Origin: a virus
Taxonomy: Duplodnaviria > Caudoviricetes
IMG/VR virus record: IMGVR_UViG_3300032225_000849
Location: 1 to 40,321 of that record
Length of the DNA: 40,321 nucleotides
Direction: 5' to 3' (one strand)
In this document: in pieces, positions 9,992 to 19,718 of the stretch
How the letters are laid out: each line of letters opens with the position of its first letter
Numbering within the stretch: the first letter of the stretch is position 1
Notes under the pieces: model-generated
Databases searched by the model: none
What the model saw: the letters and a program-made list of their open reading frames with translations, nothing else
Told to the model about the DNA's origin: nothing
Position numbers and translations under genes: made by a program

Positions 9992-11437
9992 ATGTTTACT
10001 CAGACACCTTATTCAAATGACATTGTTGCCACTGGTAATATAATTGATGCACAAAAACGCATTATTAACGCAACCAAAAATAAAGCAAATAAAAAAACAG
10101 AATATCAAGCCGCGCTAAAAGCGATTGCAACGGCTCAAGAAAAACTTGATGATTTAAAAGCAAAAGAAACTGCTTGGCAAAATAAGAAAAAAGAAAGCAA
10201 AGATGCATCTGTCGGTGCCTCAAAGCAGGTTGACTTAGATTTGGCTCTTGCTACTAATGATAAAAGCAAGGCTGACTCTATTGCCAAAACAATGTCAGGA
10301 CTTGGCGTTCAGCCAATGGGTCTTGATGGTAAACCATTGCCAGGATTTACTGTTTCATCTGGTGGCTCTACTCCAGAATTACGCTACGGCCCTAATGGTG
10401 AAAGCCTTGTGCCAGGAACTGCTGCATATCAAGCGGGTTCAAAAATTAAACCTGCTACACCTGCAGCACCCGTTCCAGCAAAAGTTGCTGGAGATAAAAA
10501 GGCTGCTGCAGATAAAGCAGTTGCAGATAAAGAACTTGCACTTAAGACAATGTATGTGGATTACCTACGCACAACATTTTCAGGTTTAGAAAACAAAGAC
10601 CAAAAAGCCCAGATTGATGGCCTCTTTGATAAAGCATCAAAAGAAGGTTGGACTGCAGAACAGTTCCAAATGCAACTTGAAGGTACAGCATGGTGGCAAT
10701 CAACGCTGCCTAGCCTACGCTCATGGTATTTAAATACACATGACCCACGCAAGCAAGCAGATACTGTTGAGTTAGTTCGTAATAAAGTTGCTTCTGTTTC
10801 TAGTTACTTAGAACAACTTGGCGTTACAGTACAGGGCATTGACCCAGTAACTGGCAAGGCATTTGATAAGACAGGTTATGTCAGCGGTATTGCACAACAA
10901 GCCATTGAAAATGGCTGGGATGACAACCAACTTAAAGATTACCTTGCAACACAGTCACCTATTATGTTTACTGGCGGAGGCGAAATTGGTAGTTCACTAT
11001 CTAAGATTCGTGATACTGCCTATGCCTATGGTGTCAAACTTGACCCTACTTATGAAAAGATGATTAACAACTCATTGCTTGATTCAGGCGATGGTCGTGA
11101 TGCAAACTACTATATTGCAGAAATGCGCCGTCAGGCTCTTGAAAATCCTAACAACAAACCATTTGCTGAGGCATTGAACTCAGGGCGTACTCTTTATGAA
11201 GCCACTCGTTCATACCGTAATCAAATGGCTAATCTGCTTGAAGTAGATGAAAGTAATGTTACATGGGATGACCTTATGAAAAAGACTATTGACCCAACTA
11301 CTGGTGTTGCTCGTACTTTTGCAGACTTTACTAAGCAGGTTAAGACTGACCCATTGTGGCAGACAACAAAGAACGCAAAGGAAACATACAGTTCAACCGC
11401 CCTTGACTTGGCTAAAATGTTTGGATTGGTGGGATAA
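9992..11437 (+). CDS. Probable internal virion (ejection) protein
   Basis: 481 aa, coiled N-terminus, operon context. Confidence 0.6.
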   Translation: MFTQTPYSNDIVATGNIIDAQKRIINATKNKANKKTEYQAALKAIATAQEKLDDLKAKETAWQNKKKESKDASVGASKQVDLDLALATNDKSKADSIAKTMSGLGVQPMGLDGKPLPGFTVSSGGSTPELRYGPNGESLVPGTAAYQAGSKIKPATPAAPVPAKVAGDKKAAADKAVADKELALKTMYVDYLRTTFSGLENKDQKAQIDGLFDKASKEGWTAEQFQMQLEGTAWWQSTLPSLRSWYLNTHDPRKQADTVELVRNKVASVSSYLEQLGVTVQGIDPVTGKAFDKTGYVSGIAQQAIENGWDDNQLKDYLATQSPIMFTGGGEIGSSLSKIRDTAYAYGVKLDPTYEKMINNSLLDSGDGRDANYYIAEMRRQALENPNNKPFAEALNSGRTLYEATRSYRNQMANLLEVDESNVTWDDLMKKTIDPTTGVARTFADFTKQVKTDPLWQTTKNAKETYSSTALDLAKMFGLVG

Positions 11438-12861
11438 TGAGAGCACCTATTTACGAAGATTATTTGCCAGCAAATCCAAAACCTACACCCGCTCCAACTC
11501 CTGTAGTTTCATCACTTGCCGCTCTTGATATTATCTCAAACTTTACTCCATCTACAAAGATGCCAACACAAACAATACAGCCAGGGCAACCAGGTTTTGT
11601 TGGCCCAGTAGCACCAGTGGTTACACCTTCAGACACACAATCAACTGCCGATGCATTGGCTACAGCACAAGCAGCCCGCGATGCGGCTGTAGAATCTAAG
11701 CGTGCTGCACTTTGGAAAAAGGCTGGCACTGTAATTACCGCTCAGGGTCCAGTTGATGTTGACTCCACTGGAAAAGCATCAGATGGCACTATGCCTATTG
11801 CAGCACCTCCTGGTGAAATTCCAGCATCTAAAGATATGCCCAAAACAAGTGGAGTTTATTCGGGCAGCGGAACAAAGGGCGACCCATTTAGTTTAGATGG
11901 CAAACCATTTAGCGGAACTATCTTTGGTTCAACTTATACTAATGGAGTCATTACTAATTCAACAAATGATAAAGCGGCAGCAGATAAAGCAGCATTAGAT
12001 AAAGAAAAAGCAGACCTCATTGCCCAAGGCAAGTTAGATGCTCGCGTAGAATTTGCTAATACTCTTAAAGCCCTTGGTTTGCCCCAGGCTTTAGTTGATG
12101 AACTAGATAATATGATTAAACAGGACTATACAAAGTCTCAGATGTATCTTGAATTGCAAAAGACTCAAGCATGGAAAGACCGTTTTCCTGGCATGAAAGC
12201 CCTTGCCGATGCAGGCAAAGCAGTAGATGCTGGTACATATATCAGCATGGAAAAAGGTTTCCTGCAGACACTTGATTATTATGGCGTTGATAAGAAACTG
12301 TTTGGTTCCACTGCAGAACTTGGCAAGCAAATTGGCAACTTAGTATCACCTAAAGCCTTTGAAGAAAGAGTGGCCCTTGCTGCCCAAGATGTGGAAAAGA
12401 ATAAAGATGTTCTTGCAGAACTTAACCTTTACTATGGCGTAGATAAATCTGCTGCTATTGCATATCTTCTTAACCCAGAAATTGGACTTGATATTATCAA
12501 GCGCCAAGCACGCGCTGCTGAAATTGGTGCTGCTGCTGCTAAATCTAAATTTGATTTTGGCAACCTTGCAGGTGAAAAAGGTTACGGTGTTGCAGAGTCA
12601 TTTATCAATGCATCTGGTACCATGGACCAACAATCACTTGATGCAGCCTTTGCTCAGGCTCGTACACTTGGCGATACCCAAGCACGCCTTGCTGCCATTG
12701 AAGGCCAGAAGTACAACGACTTGAGCGCAGTAACTGCAATCCTTGGTAAAGACCAGGCTGCACTTCTTGACTCTCAACGCCGTGCAGCCCGCGAAGCAGC
12801 CCGCTTTGGCGGAAGTTCTGGCTTAAGTACTGGCTCACTTAAGACACAAAGCACAATATAA
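11437..12861 (+). CDS. Probable internal virion (ejection) protein
   Basis: 474 aa, P/T-rich N-terminus, Ala-rich helical C-terminus, coupled start. Confidence 0.6.
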   Translation: MRAPIYEDYLPANPKPTPAPTPVVSSLAALDIISNFTPSTKMPTQTIQPGQPGFVGPVAPVVTPSDTQSTADALATAQAARDAAVESKRAALWKKAGTVITAQGPVDVDSTGKASDGTMPIAAPPGEIPASKDMPKTSGVYSGSGTKGDPFSLDGKPFSGTIFGSTYTNGVITNSTNDKAAADKAALDKEKADLIAQGKLDARVEFANTLKALGLPQALVDELDNMIKQDYTKSQMYLELQKTQAWKDRFPGMKALADAGKAVDAGTYISMEKGFLQTLDYYGVDKKLFGSTAELGKQIGNLVSPKAFEERVALAAQDVEKNKDVLAELNLYYGVDKSAAIAYLLNPEIGLDIIKRQARAAEIGAAAAKSKFDFGNLAGEKGYGVAESFINASGTMDQQSLDAAFAQARTLGDTQARLAAIEGQKYNDLSAVTAILGKDQAALLDSQRRAAREAARFGGSSGLSTGSLKTQSTI

Positions 12862-12867
12862 AAGAAT

Positions 12868-12976
12868 CCCCACCCTGACCGACCAGCCCAGGGGGGTGTA
12901 ATAGTCTGGTAGCAATAGCCGACTTGGTTTCCCCGAACCTCGTTTGTGGATTGCGAATACAACTAACAAAGGGAGA
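12868..12976 (+). ncRNA. Candidate structured 5' leader of the scaffold/capsid operon
   Basis: CCCTG/CAGGG stem whose loop ACCAG pairs with CTGGT (12906-10); GCAAT/ATTGC stem enclosing GGTT-TCCCCG-AACC, loop complementary to the GGGAGA RBS. Confidence 0.5.
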
Positions 12977-12983
12977 TAGGTAG

Positions 12984-13451
12984 ATGGCTACCAATTACGA
13001 ATACGATGACGAAGATGACGACCTCGGCAATGAGCCGCAGGATGTTGTTAAGCAACTACGCAAGGTAAATCGCACGCTTGAAAAGCGTTTGAAAGAACTT
13101 GAGATAGAGGCTGACACACTAAAGGTTCAGACTCGTCAGCGTACTGTCAAGGATGTTCTATCAGCAAAGGGAATTAACCCAAAAGTCGCAGCATTTATCC
13201 CAAAGGATATTGATACTACAGAAGAAGCCGTGTCAGCATGGCTCGCTGAGTATGGTGATGTGTTCGGAGTACAGCAATCAACTGAGGAAACTCAGGCCAA
13301 AGAGACTGCTTCCGATGCACAGCGCCGAATCCAGAATGTAATGCAATCAGGCACTCCACCACAAGTGGATGAAGATTCGCTTGCCAGGATTCTAAATGCT
13401 ACATCGGCTGCTGATTTAAGTGCAATCCTTGGTATTCAGACTTACAACTAA
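12984..13451 (+). CDS. Capsid scaffolding protein
   Basis: Acidic N-terminus and coiled coil, directly upstream of the major capsid gene. Confidence 0.8.
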   Translation: MATNYEYDDEDDDLGNEPQDVVKQLRKVNRTLEKRLKELEIEADTLKVQTRQRTVKDVLSAKGINPKVAAFIPKDIDTTEEAVSAWLAEYGDVFGVQQSTEETQAKETASDAQRRIQNVMQSGTPPQVDEDSLARILNATSAADLSAILGIQTYN

Positions 13452-13484
13452 CCAAAAAACTACCAATCACCAGGAGGTGAACAC

Positions 13485-14663
13485 ATGGCATATACAGATT
13501 CCTCAGCCCTCGCAGGCTTAGTAAAAACTGCTTATGACCGCTATGTTGAGTTCGCGCTTCGTGCTCAGCCATTGATTCGTTCAGTTGCCGACAAGCGCCC
13601 TGCTCAGCAAGCAATGCCAGGTTCAAGCGTTGTATTCTCACTCTACAACGACTTGGCGGCCGCAACATCCGCTCTATCATCAGAGACAACAGACCCAGAT
13701 GCAGTAGCACTGGCTGATGTTTCTACAGTTTCTGTTTCACTTGCTGAATACGGAAACGCATCACTTGTAACTCGTAAGTTACAGTTGTTCTCACTCTCAG
13801 ATGTTGACCCTGCAGTAGCAGACATCATCGCGTTCAACATGGCAGACTCACTTGACAAGATTGCAATGGAAACATTGCGTCAGGGTACAAATGTTCTCTA
13901 TGCAGGAACTGCATCACACACATCAACAGCAACAATCGCTGCTACAGATACAATCCGTGCAGCCGACATCCGCAAGGCAGTTGCTAAACTCCGCTCTAAC
14001 AAGGCTGTTCCTCGTGAAGGTTCACTCTACTGGTGCGGTATCCACCCAGAAGTTTCACACGACCTTCGCGCTGAAACAGGCGCAGGCGGATGGAACGACA
14101 TGCACAAGTACGCTGAGACAGGTACAGGTCAGTTCTGGCCAGGAACAATCGGAACATTTGAAGGTGCTTACTTCGTTGAGACACCTCGTATGTACCGTGG
14201 CGTAGACGGTGCTGATGCATCTGCTCTTGCTACAACTGCTGTAACTGTTGCAGGTACATCTGCAGGTTACACAATCGGCGTTGCTTCATCATCTGTTATC
14301 GCAACTTCTGCAGAAGCAGGAGACAAGATTTCAGGTACAGGTATCGCATCTGGTGCGAAGATTACATCTCTCGCAACATCAGGTTCAACAACAACTATCA
14401 CTGTAGATACAGCCAACACTGGTGCAGTATCTGCAACAACCGTTGTAACAGTAACTCCAGTAACCGCTAACTACCGCACAATTATTGCTGGAAAGCAAGC
14501 ACTTGCGGAAGCAGTTGCACAGGAGCCAAATGTTATCATCGGACCAGTCGTTGACCGCTTGATGCGTTTCCGCCCAATCGGTTGGTACGGAGTCCTTGGC
14601 TTCGCTCGCTACCGTGAGGCTGCTCTTTACCGTATTGAGTCAGGTTCTTCAATCTCTGCTTAA
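13485..14663 (+). CDS. Major capsid protein (N4-gp56-like HK97 fold) with a Thr/Ser-rich inserted domain
   Basis: EYGNA, IHPEVSHDLR, IGTFEG, D.L.RF..IGWYG motifs; AGGAGG RBS; high-expression codon bias. Confidence 0.9.
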   Translation: MAYTDSSALAGLVKTAYDRYVEFALRAQPLIRSVADKRPAQQAMPGSSVVFSLYNDLAAATSALSSETTDPDAVALADVSTVSVSLAEYGNASLVTRKLQLFSLSDVDPAVADIIAFNMADSLDKIAMETLRQGTNVLYAGTASHTSTATIAATDTIRAADIRKAVAKLRSNKAVPREGSLYWCGIHPEVSHDLRAETGAGGWNDMHKYAETGTGQFWPGTIGTFEGAYFVETPRMYRGVDGADASALATTAVTVAGTSAGYTIGVASSSVIATSAEAGDKISGTGIASGAKITSLATSGSTTTITVDTANTGAVSATTVVTVTPVTANYRTIIAGKQALAEAVAQEPNVIIGPVVDRLMRFRPIGWYGVLGFARYREAALYRIESGSSISA

Positions 14664-14670
14664 TGCACTT

Positions 14671-14707
14671 GTAGTGGAGGGGGCGGGTTCGCCCGCCCTC
14701 TCTCTAC
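14671..14707 (+). terminator. Strong hairpin after capsid gene (terminator or mRNA stabiliser)
   Basis: GAGGGGGCGGG-TTCG-CCCGCCCTCTC; no clear U-tract. Confidence 0.6.
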
Positions 14708-14725
14708 ACCAAACAAGGAGGATAT

Positions 14726-14998
14726 ATGGCACAGTATAAGTTTGTACCACCAAGCGTTTATGAAACACCTATTGCTTGGGACAGACTCTTTATTCGCTAT
14801 GGCATCCACCGTGGAGTTTCAGTACTAATGATTGATGGTATGTATTCTTCATATCGCTTCCCTGGTCAAACAGAAGTAGCCGCAGCCACAGAGGTTTATC
14901 TTGGTGGACACGAATACATTATTGACGAAAACACTAAGACTCGTTTAACCGATGCTTCTATTGGTGGCGTGTATGGGGAGAACATAACAGCACTATGA
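14726..14998 (+). CDS. Hypothetical protein
   Basis: 90 aa, AAGGAGG RBS. Confidence 0.75.
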   Translation: MAQYKFVPPSVYETPIAWDRLFIRYGIHRGVSVLMIDGMYSSYRFPGQTEVAAATEVYLGGHEYIIDENTKTRLTDASIGGVYGENITAL

Positions 14999-15267
14999 CA
15001 TTACATCAGATTCAAGTACATCCAGAATTTGTAGAAGGATGTTTTGGATGCAAGTTGGGAACACTTGAACTTGGCACAGGCGATGCAACATCAGGTCGCG
15101 CTATGACTCAAAAGAAGTGGGACCAGGAACTTAACGCATATTCAACAGCACGCAAACAAGGCATACAGCCTGCAGGAACTTCCCTCAAGAAAATACAAGA
15201 AGCGGTAGATGCTTCCGACAAAGTAGGAAAAGCATATAACGCAAGCACGGGGGGATTTGACACATGA
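14995..15267 (+). CDS. Hypothetical protein with H..H..CxxC motif
   Basis: 90 aa, ATGA coupling at both ends. Confidence 0.7.
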   Translation: MTLHQIQVHPEFVEGCFGCKLGTLELGTGDATSGRAMTQKKWDQELNAYSTARKQGIQPAGTSLKKIQEAVDASDKVGKAYNASTGGFDT

Positions 15268-15989
15268 CTGCCATCGTAGGTATTCAGGGAAAAGGTTGGG
15301 CGGTAATCGCAGCAGATTCCATGACTACCTATGATGACAAGCCGTACTATGCCAAAGGCATGGACAAAGTTGTACGCAAGGGTGACTATGTATTTGCCTT
15401 TGCAGGCGATGCCATCTCAGGAAATATAGCGGAGTTCCTATGGACTCCACCAAAGTTTATTAGAACAATGAGCCTTGATGCTTTCATGCAGGTCAAGGTA
15501 CTCCCTTCCCTAAGAGAAGCCATGAAAGAACATGGCTATGAGCCAGATATTAACAAAGACCCAAACGCTGGCTTTGATGCACTCATTGCACTCAATGGTG
15601 TTATCTATGAAATTGACGAGGAGTACATGTGGTCACGAGATGACCGTGGACTCTACGCAACAGGCAGTGGTGGAGCATTGGCGCTAGGCGCACTAGCCAC
15701 TGGTTTTAGTAAGAACTCTGTAAAGGCAGCAGAATTTGCTGCTCGCAGAGCAATTAAAATTTCTGCCGATTACTGTACTGGCGTTGGCGGAGATATAAAA
15801 GTTATCACTCAAAGGGGAAATCAAATGGCAGCAGCAAAGAAGATTACAAAGAAGGCAGCATACGCAGCCTACGAAAAAACAGAACCAAAAGCAACAAAGA
15901 AGATGGAACTTAAGAAGGGCGAATCAAAGGCTCAGGTTAAGAAAGAAGTTGCAAAGGGTATGTCAATGCTAAAGAAGAAGGGTAAGTAA
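15264..15989 (+). CDS. Ntn-hydrolase (HslV/proteasome beta-like) peptidase with in-frame Lys-rich tail
   Basis: M-T-AIVG...VIAADS, K-V, FAG and ATGSG..A.GA motifs of Thr-nucleophile proteases; internal RBS+ATG at 15825. Confidence 0.8.
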   Translation: MTAIVGIQGKGWAVIAADSMTTYDDKPYYAKGMDKVVRKGDYVFAFAGDAISGNIAEFLWTPPKFIRTMSLDAFMQVKVLPSLREAMKEHGYEPDINKDPNAGFDALIALNGVIYEIDEEYMWSRDDRGLYATGSGGALALGALATGFSKNSVKAAEFAARRAIKISADYCTGVGGDIKVITQRGNQMAAAKKITKKAAYAAYEKTEPKATKKMELKKGESKAQVKKEVAKGMSMLKKKGK

Positions 15990-15991
15990 TT

Positions 15992-16114
15992 ATGTGCAAA
16001 TCATGTGGATGCGGAAGCGCACAAACAAATCAAGATGACAATTATGGAACAGTTAACCCTTATGGTATTAAGGGCGCCGAAGTTAATAAGCCAACTACTC
16101 TTGGACAGAAGTAA
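15992..16114 (+). CDS. Small protein MCKSCGC... (40 aa)
   Basis: Translated by hand; fills gap, TAATG coupling to next gene. Confidence 0.65.
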   Translation: MCKSCGCGSAQTNQDDNYGTVNPYGIKGAEVNKPTTLGQK

Positions 16115-16293
16115 TGGCGGCCAAGAAGGGGATGGGCTTTGCTGCTGCGCAAAAAAGCATTGCAAAAAAGCAAGGAATCCCAATGAAGAACGCGGGTGCG
16201 ATACTTGCTGCAGGCGCACGAAAGGCATCACCTGCTGCTAAGAAAGCAAATCCAAATCTAAAGAAAGTATTGCCAGCAAAGAAAGGCAAGTAA
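16114..16293 (+). CDS. Small Lys/Ala-rich basic protein (59 aa)
   Basis: MAAKKGMGFAAAQKSIAKKQG...; coupled to both neighbours. Confidence 0.7.
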   Translation: MAAKKGMGFAAAQKSIAKKQGIPMKNAGAILAAGARKASPAAKKANPNLKKVLPAKKGK

Positions 16294-16551
16294 ATGTCAG
16301 ACCCAAGACTAAAGCGAGCAGGAGTGGCAGGCTTCAATAAGCCTAAGCGCACACCAAGTCATCCAACAAAGTCACATGTTGTTGTGGCTAAAGAAGGCGA
16401 TAAGGTCAAAACTATTCGCTTTGGTCAACAGGGTGTCACTGGCGACCATACGCCAACAGCGCGACAAAAATCATTTAAGGCTCGTCATGCTAAGAACATT
16501 GCTAAAGGCAAGATGAGCGCAGCATACTGGGCAGATAAGGTGAAGTGGTAA
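16294..16551 (+). CDS. Small basic phage protein
   Basis: 85 aa; KTIRFGQQG...SFKARH...AAYWA..W pattern common in phages. Confidence 0.75.
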   Translation: MSDPRLKRAGVAGFNKPKRTPSHPTKSHVVVAKEGDKVKTIRFGQQGVTGDHTPTARQKSFKARHAKNIAKGKMSAAYWADKVKW

Positions 16552-16826
16552 TGGCAACAGGATATGCAGGAAGTACACTTGTAGCAGAATTAAATAGACT
16601 TGCCAATGGCGGAACTTACCCAGCACGCACTGCATTTCTTGAAGAAGCAGCAGCGGCTTGTAAGTGGGCTGGGCTTCCATATACATACGAAACCCTACAC
16701 GCTCTTAACATTAAGCAAGGTATTACTAACCCAGCGCAGATGTATGGCTTAAATGCTATTTGCAATTTACTTGCTGGAACTACAAATCAATCAGCGGTAT
16801 CAGCCCTAAGGAGTATTAACCTATGA
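16551..16826 (+). CDS. Hypothetical virion protein
   Basis: TAATG coupling; 91 aa. Confidence 0.65.
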   Translation: MATGYAGSTLVAELNRLANGGTYPARTAFLEEAAAACKWAGLPYTYETLHALNIKQGITNPAQMYGLNAICNLLAGTTNQSAVSALRSINL

Positions 16827-17737
16827 GTACCTTAGAACAAATGACTGACCGTATTGAGACACTCCTTCATGGTTACAGCATGAATACAGAATCAACTACT
16901 TGGCTTACCGCTGCTTGCACAGCAGGTGCGACCAGCATTTATGTTAACGATGCAAGCGTAGTTAGCCGTGGCTTTCTCCAGGTTGAAGATGAGTTGATGT
17001 ATGTCAATAGCACTAACAACATTGACAATGTGCTTACCCTTGCCCCATGGGGTCGCGGGCAGCGTGGTTCAGTAGCAGTAGCGCACGACAATCTTTCTAA
17101 GGCTGTTGTTGCTCCAGTCTTTCCACGCTATGAAATCAAGAAGGCTATTAACGACACGCTTAATTCTGTCTATCCACAAGTCTTTGGCATCGGTGCATAC
17201 CAATTTAACTATGTGGCTGCTCGCACAACTTATGATATTCCAGATGCAGTAGAAAATATCCTTACTGTTACTCACTCAGTTATTGGTCCATCTAAAGAAT
17301 GGATGCCAGTGCGTGCATGGCAACTTGACCGCACTGCTAACCCAACAGCCTTTGGCGATGGTACTAACTTTGGACACAGCCTTAGCCTTTATTCGCCAAT
17401 CGTTCCAGGTCGCCCTGTGAATGTGGCTTATGCAAAACGCCCAACACTTTTTGACTTAAGTTCTACATCAGCACAAGAAATGTCAACAGTAACTGGCTTG
17501 CCATCGTATGCCGAAGATGTGCTTATCTATGGCGCAGCCTTCCGCATGGTTTCATTCCTTGACCCATCACGCCTTGGCCCACTATCTGCAGAAGCAGATG
17601 TTCTTGATAACCAGCGTGGAGCAAACAGCGGTGCTAACGCAGCACGCTTCTTGTTCAATGTATACAACACTCGTCTAAACGAAGTGGCGGAGAATATGCG
17701 CCGTCAATTCCCAGTTCGTTCACACTATCAGAGATAA
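16823..17737 (+). CDS. Head-tail adaptor / tail tubular protein A-like
   Basis: 304 aa; helical ends of adaptor type with an inserted beta domain shared with the tail-fibre N-terminus. Confidence 0.6.
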   Translation: MSTLEQMTDRIETLLHGYSMNTESTTWLTAACTAGATSIYVNDASVVSRGFLQVEDELMYVNSTNNIDNVLTLAPWGRGQRGSVAVAHDNLSKAVVAPVFPRYEIKKAINDTLNSVYPQVFGIGAYQFNYVAARTTYDIPDAVENILTVTHSVIGPSKEWMPVRAWQLDRTANPTAFGDGTNFGHSLSLYSPIVPGRPVNVAYAKRPTLFDLSSTSAQEMSTVTGLPSYAEDVLIYGAAFRMVSFLDPSRLGPLSAEADVLDNQRGANSGANAARFLFNVYNTRLNEVAENMRRQFPVRSHYQR

Positions 17738-17746
17738 GGCAGACAC

Positions 17747-19375
17747 ATGGCAGCAGGCGACCCAGGGGTACTCAAGCGGAACTTTTCCGCTACCGCGATT
17801 GAAACCACATTATCCTCACCTATTTCATCAGCAGCAACAGGTGATACCACAACAAGCGTAGCCGTTGTATCTGTCAGTGGCTTCCCATCTACTTTGCCAT
17901 ACACACTTATTATTGGTGCAGATACATCTAAAGAAGAAGTTGTTACAGTAACCGCTGCTTCATCTACCATCCTTACAATTACTCGTGGACAAGATAATAC
18001 TCAAGCGGTATCACATGCTGCTGGTGCATCGGTACGCCATGGTATATCTGCTCGTGATTTTAAAGAATCACAAACACACATATCCGCTCGTGGCTATGAT
18101 GCCGATTCAGGCATCCTTGCCAATGCTTCACAAACACATGTGCATGGACTTGTTTCTGGCGATGGTGCAATAGTTGGTTCTACTCAAGCAGTAACTCTTA
18201 CACGCAAGACTCTTGGTACAGGCACAACCATTGCCTCTACTGTTGATATGTCTAGCGGTACTATTTCAGGCGGTACCTTAACTAGCCCTACAATTTCAGG
18301 CAGTCCAGTTATTACTGGTCTTTCATCTGCTGGTATGTCATCATCATCTGCTGCACCAAAGTCTTATGTTGATGCATTGATTACTACTAACGCAGCCTAT
18401 GCCACTGCTGCTGCAAATAGCGCAGCAACTGCAGCAACTAGCGCAGCCTCCGCTGCAACATACGCTACAACGGCGCAGAACTGGGCAACACAATTATCTA
18501 CCCCAGTTTCTGGTTCTGATTACTCAGCCAAGTACAATGCAAATCTTGCTGCAGCCTCCGCTGCAAGTGCTGCTACATCTGCCAATACTGCAATAACTAG
18601 CGCATCTTCTGCAGCCGCTTCTGCAGCATCCGCTGCGGTATCTGCATCAAGTGCTGCTGCCTCAGTTACTTCGGCCGTTCAACTATCAACCATTACAACC
18701 AAAGGTGACTTAATTGCTGGTACTGGTTCTGCAACGGTTGCTCGTTTAGGCGCAGGAACTAATGGTTATATCCTTAGTGCTGATAGTACACAAACAACTG
18801 GTCTTGCTTGGATTGCTGCCAACCCTGGAGACATCACTAGCGTAACCGCTGGTACTGGTCTTAGCGGTGGTGGTACATCTGGAGATGTAACCGTATCGCT
18901 TAATACATCTAGCGTATATGTTGTACCTAGCCAGACTAGCAATACTGGCAAGGCTCTTACTACTGATGGCACTACTTCTTCTTGGAGTACAACCATCAAT
19001 GGTACTGCAATACCATCAACCAAAACTTTAGTAGTAACTACAGATAAACTATCTGTTCACGCTGCTACAACTTCTGCTGAACTTGCTGGCATCATCTCTG
19101 ATGAGACTGGCTCTGGTGCTTTGGTATTTGGCACAAGCCCAACTATTGCAAATCCAACAGTTACTGGAACCCTGACAGCAGGAGGTTCTGCTGGTACAAG
19201 CGGATATGTTTTATCTACTACAGGTACTGGTATCCAATGGATTGTTGCACCATCAGGTTTGCCAAGTCAGACAAGCAATGCAGGAAAATATTTAACCACA
19301 GACGGCACATCCGCTTCGTGGGCAACAGTAACTACCGACCCAACAGCCGACATCTTTATGATGATAGGCGCTTAA
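17747..19375 (+). CDS. Tail fibre protein
   Basis: 542 aa A/S/T/G-rich; AAASA coiled repeats, KGDLI, AGTGLSGGG, twice PSQTSN.GK.LTTDGT..SW. Confidence 0.8.
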   Translation: MAAGDPGVLKRNFSATAIETTLSSPISSAATGDTTTSVAVVSVSGFPSTLPYTLIIGADTSKEEVVTVTAASSTILTITRGQDNTQAVSHAAGASVRHGISARDFKESQTHISARGYDADSGILANASQTHVHGLVSGDGAIVGSTQAVTLTRKTLGTGTTIASTVDMSSGTISGGTLTSPTISGSPVITGLSSAGMSSSSAAPKSYVDALITTNAAYATAAANSAATAATSAASAATYATTAQNWATQLSTPVSGSDYSAKYNANLAAASAASAATSANTAITSASSAAASAASAAVSASSAAASVTSAVQLSTITTKGDLIAGTGSATVARLGAGTNGYILSADSTQTTGLAWIAANPGDITSVTAGTGLSGGGTSGDVTVSLNTSSVYVVPSQTSNTGKALTTDGTTSSWSTTINGTAIPSTKTLVVTTDKLSVHAATTSAELAGIISDETGSGALVFGTSPTIANPTVTGTLTAGGSAGTSGYVLSTTGTGIQWIVAPSGLPSQTSNAGKYLTTDGTSASWATVTTDPTADIFMMIGA

Positions 19376-19397
19376 CCAACTACAAGGAGAAATACAA

Positions 19398-19718
19398 ATG
19401 GCAAAGAAAGTACTTGGGCAAGTAAACCCAGCGGCTACAACAGCAACAACCCTATACACAGTTCCATCTTCTAAATCAGCAGTTATCTCATCTCTCACAG
19501 TATGCAACCAAGCATCTACTGCTGCTACCTTCCGTATTGCAGTACGCCCTGCTGGTGCTACCCTGGCTGCTATTCACTATGTAGCCTATGATGTAACTGT
19601 CGGTGCTGCAGATACAACTGCCCTAACACTAGGCATCACACTTGCTACTACAGATGTAGTAACTGTCTATGCTTCTACTGCAAACATCTCATTCAACGCA
19701 TTTGGAGACGAGTCCTAA
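19398..19718 (+). CDS. Tail-fibre associated beta-sandwich (possible adaptor)
   Basis: 106 aa, TLYTVP...SSL.VCN motif, AAGGAG RBS. Confidence 0.65.
   Translation: MAKKVLGQVNPAATTATTLYTVPSSKSAVISSLTVCNQASTAATFRIAVRPAGATLAAIHYVAYDVTVGAADTTALTLGITLATTDVVTVYASTANISFNAFGDES

Noticed and set aside
12912-12960. HDV-like ribozyme suggested by GCGAAT and a TCCCCG loop
   Set aside because: Could not assemble P1, P2 and P4 in the required order
16005-16241. 78-aa Cys-rich ORF from the track
   Set aside because: Shadow frame; two coupled ORFs (15992-16114, 16114-16293) fit better
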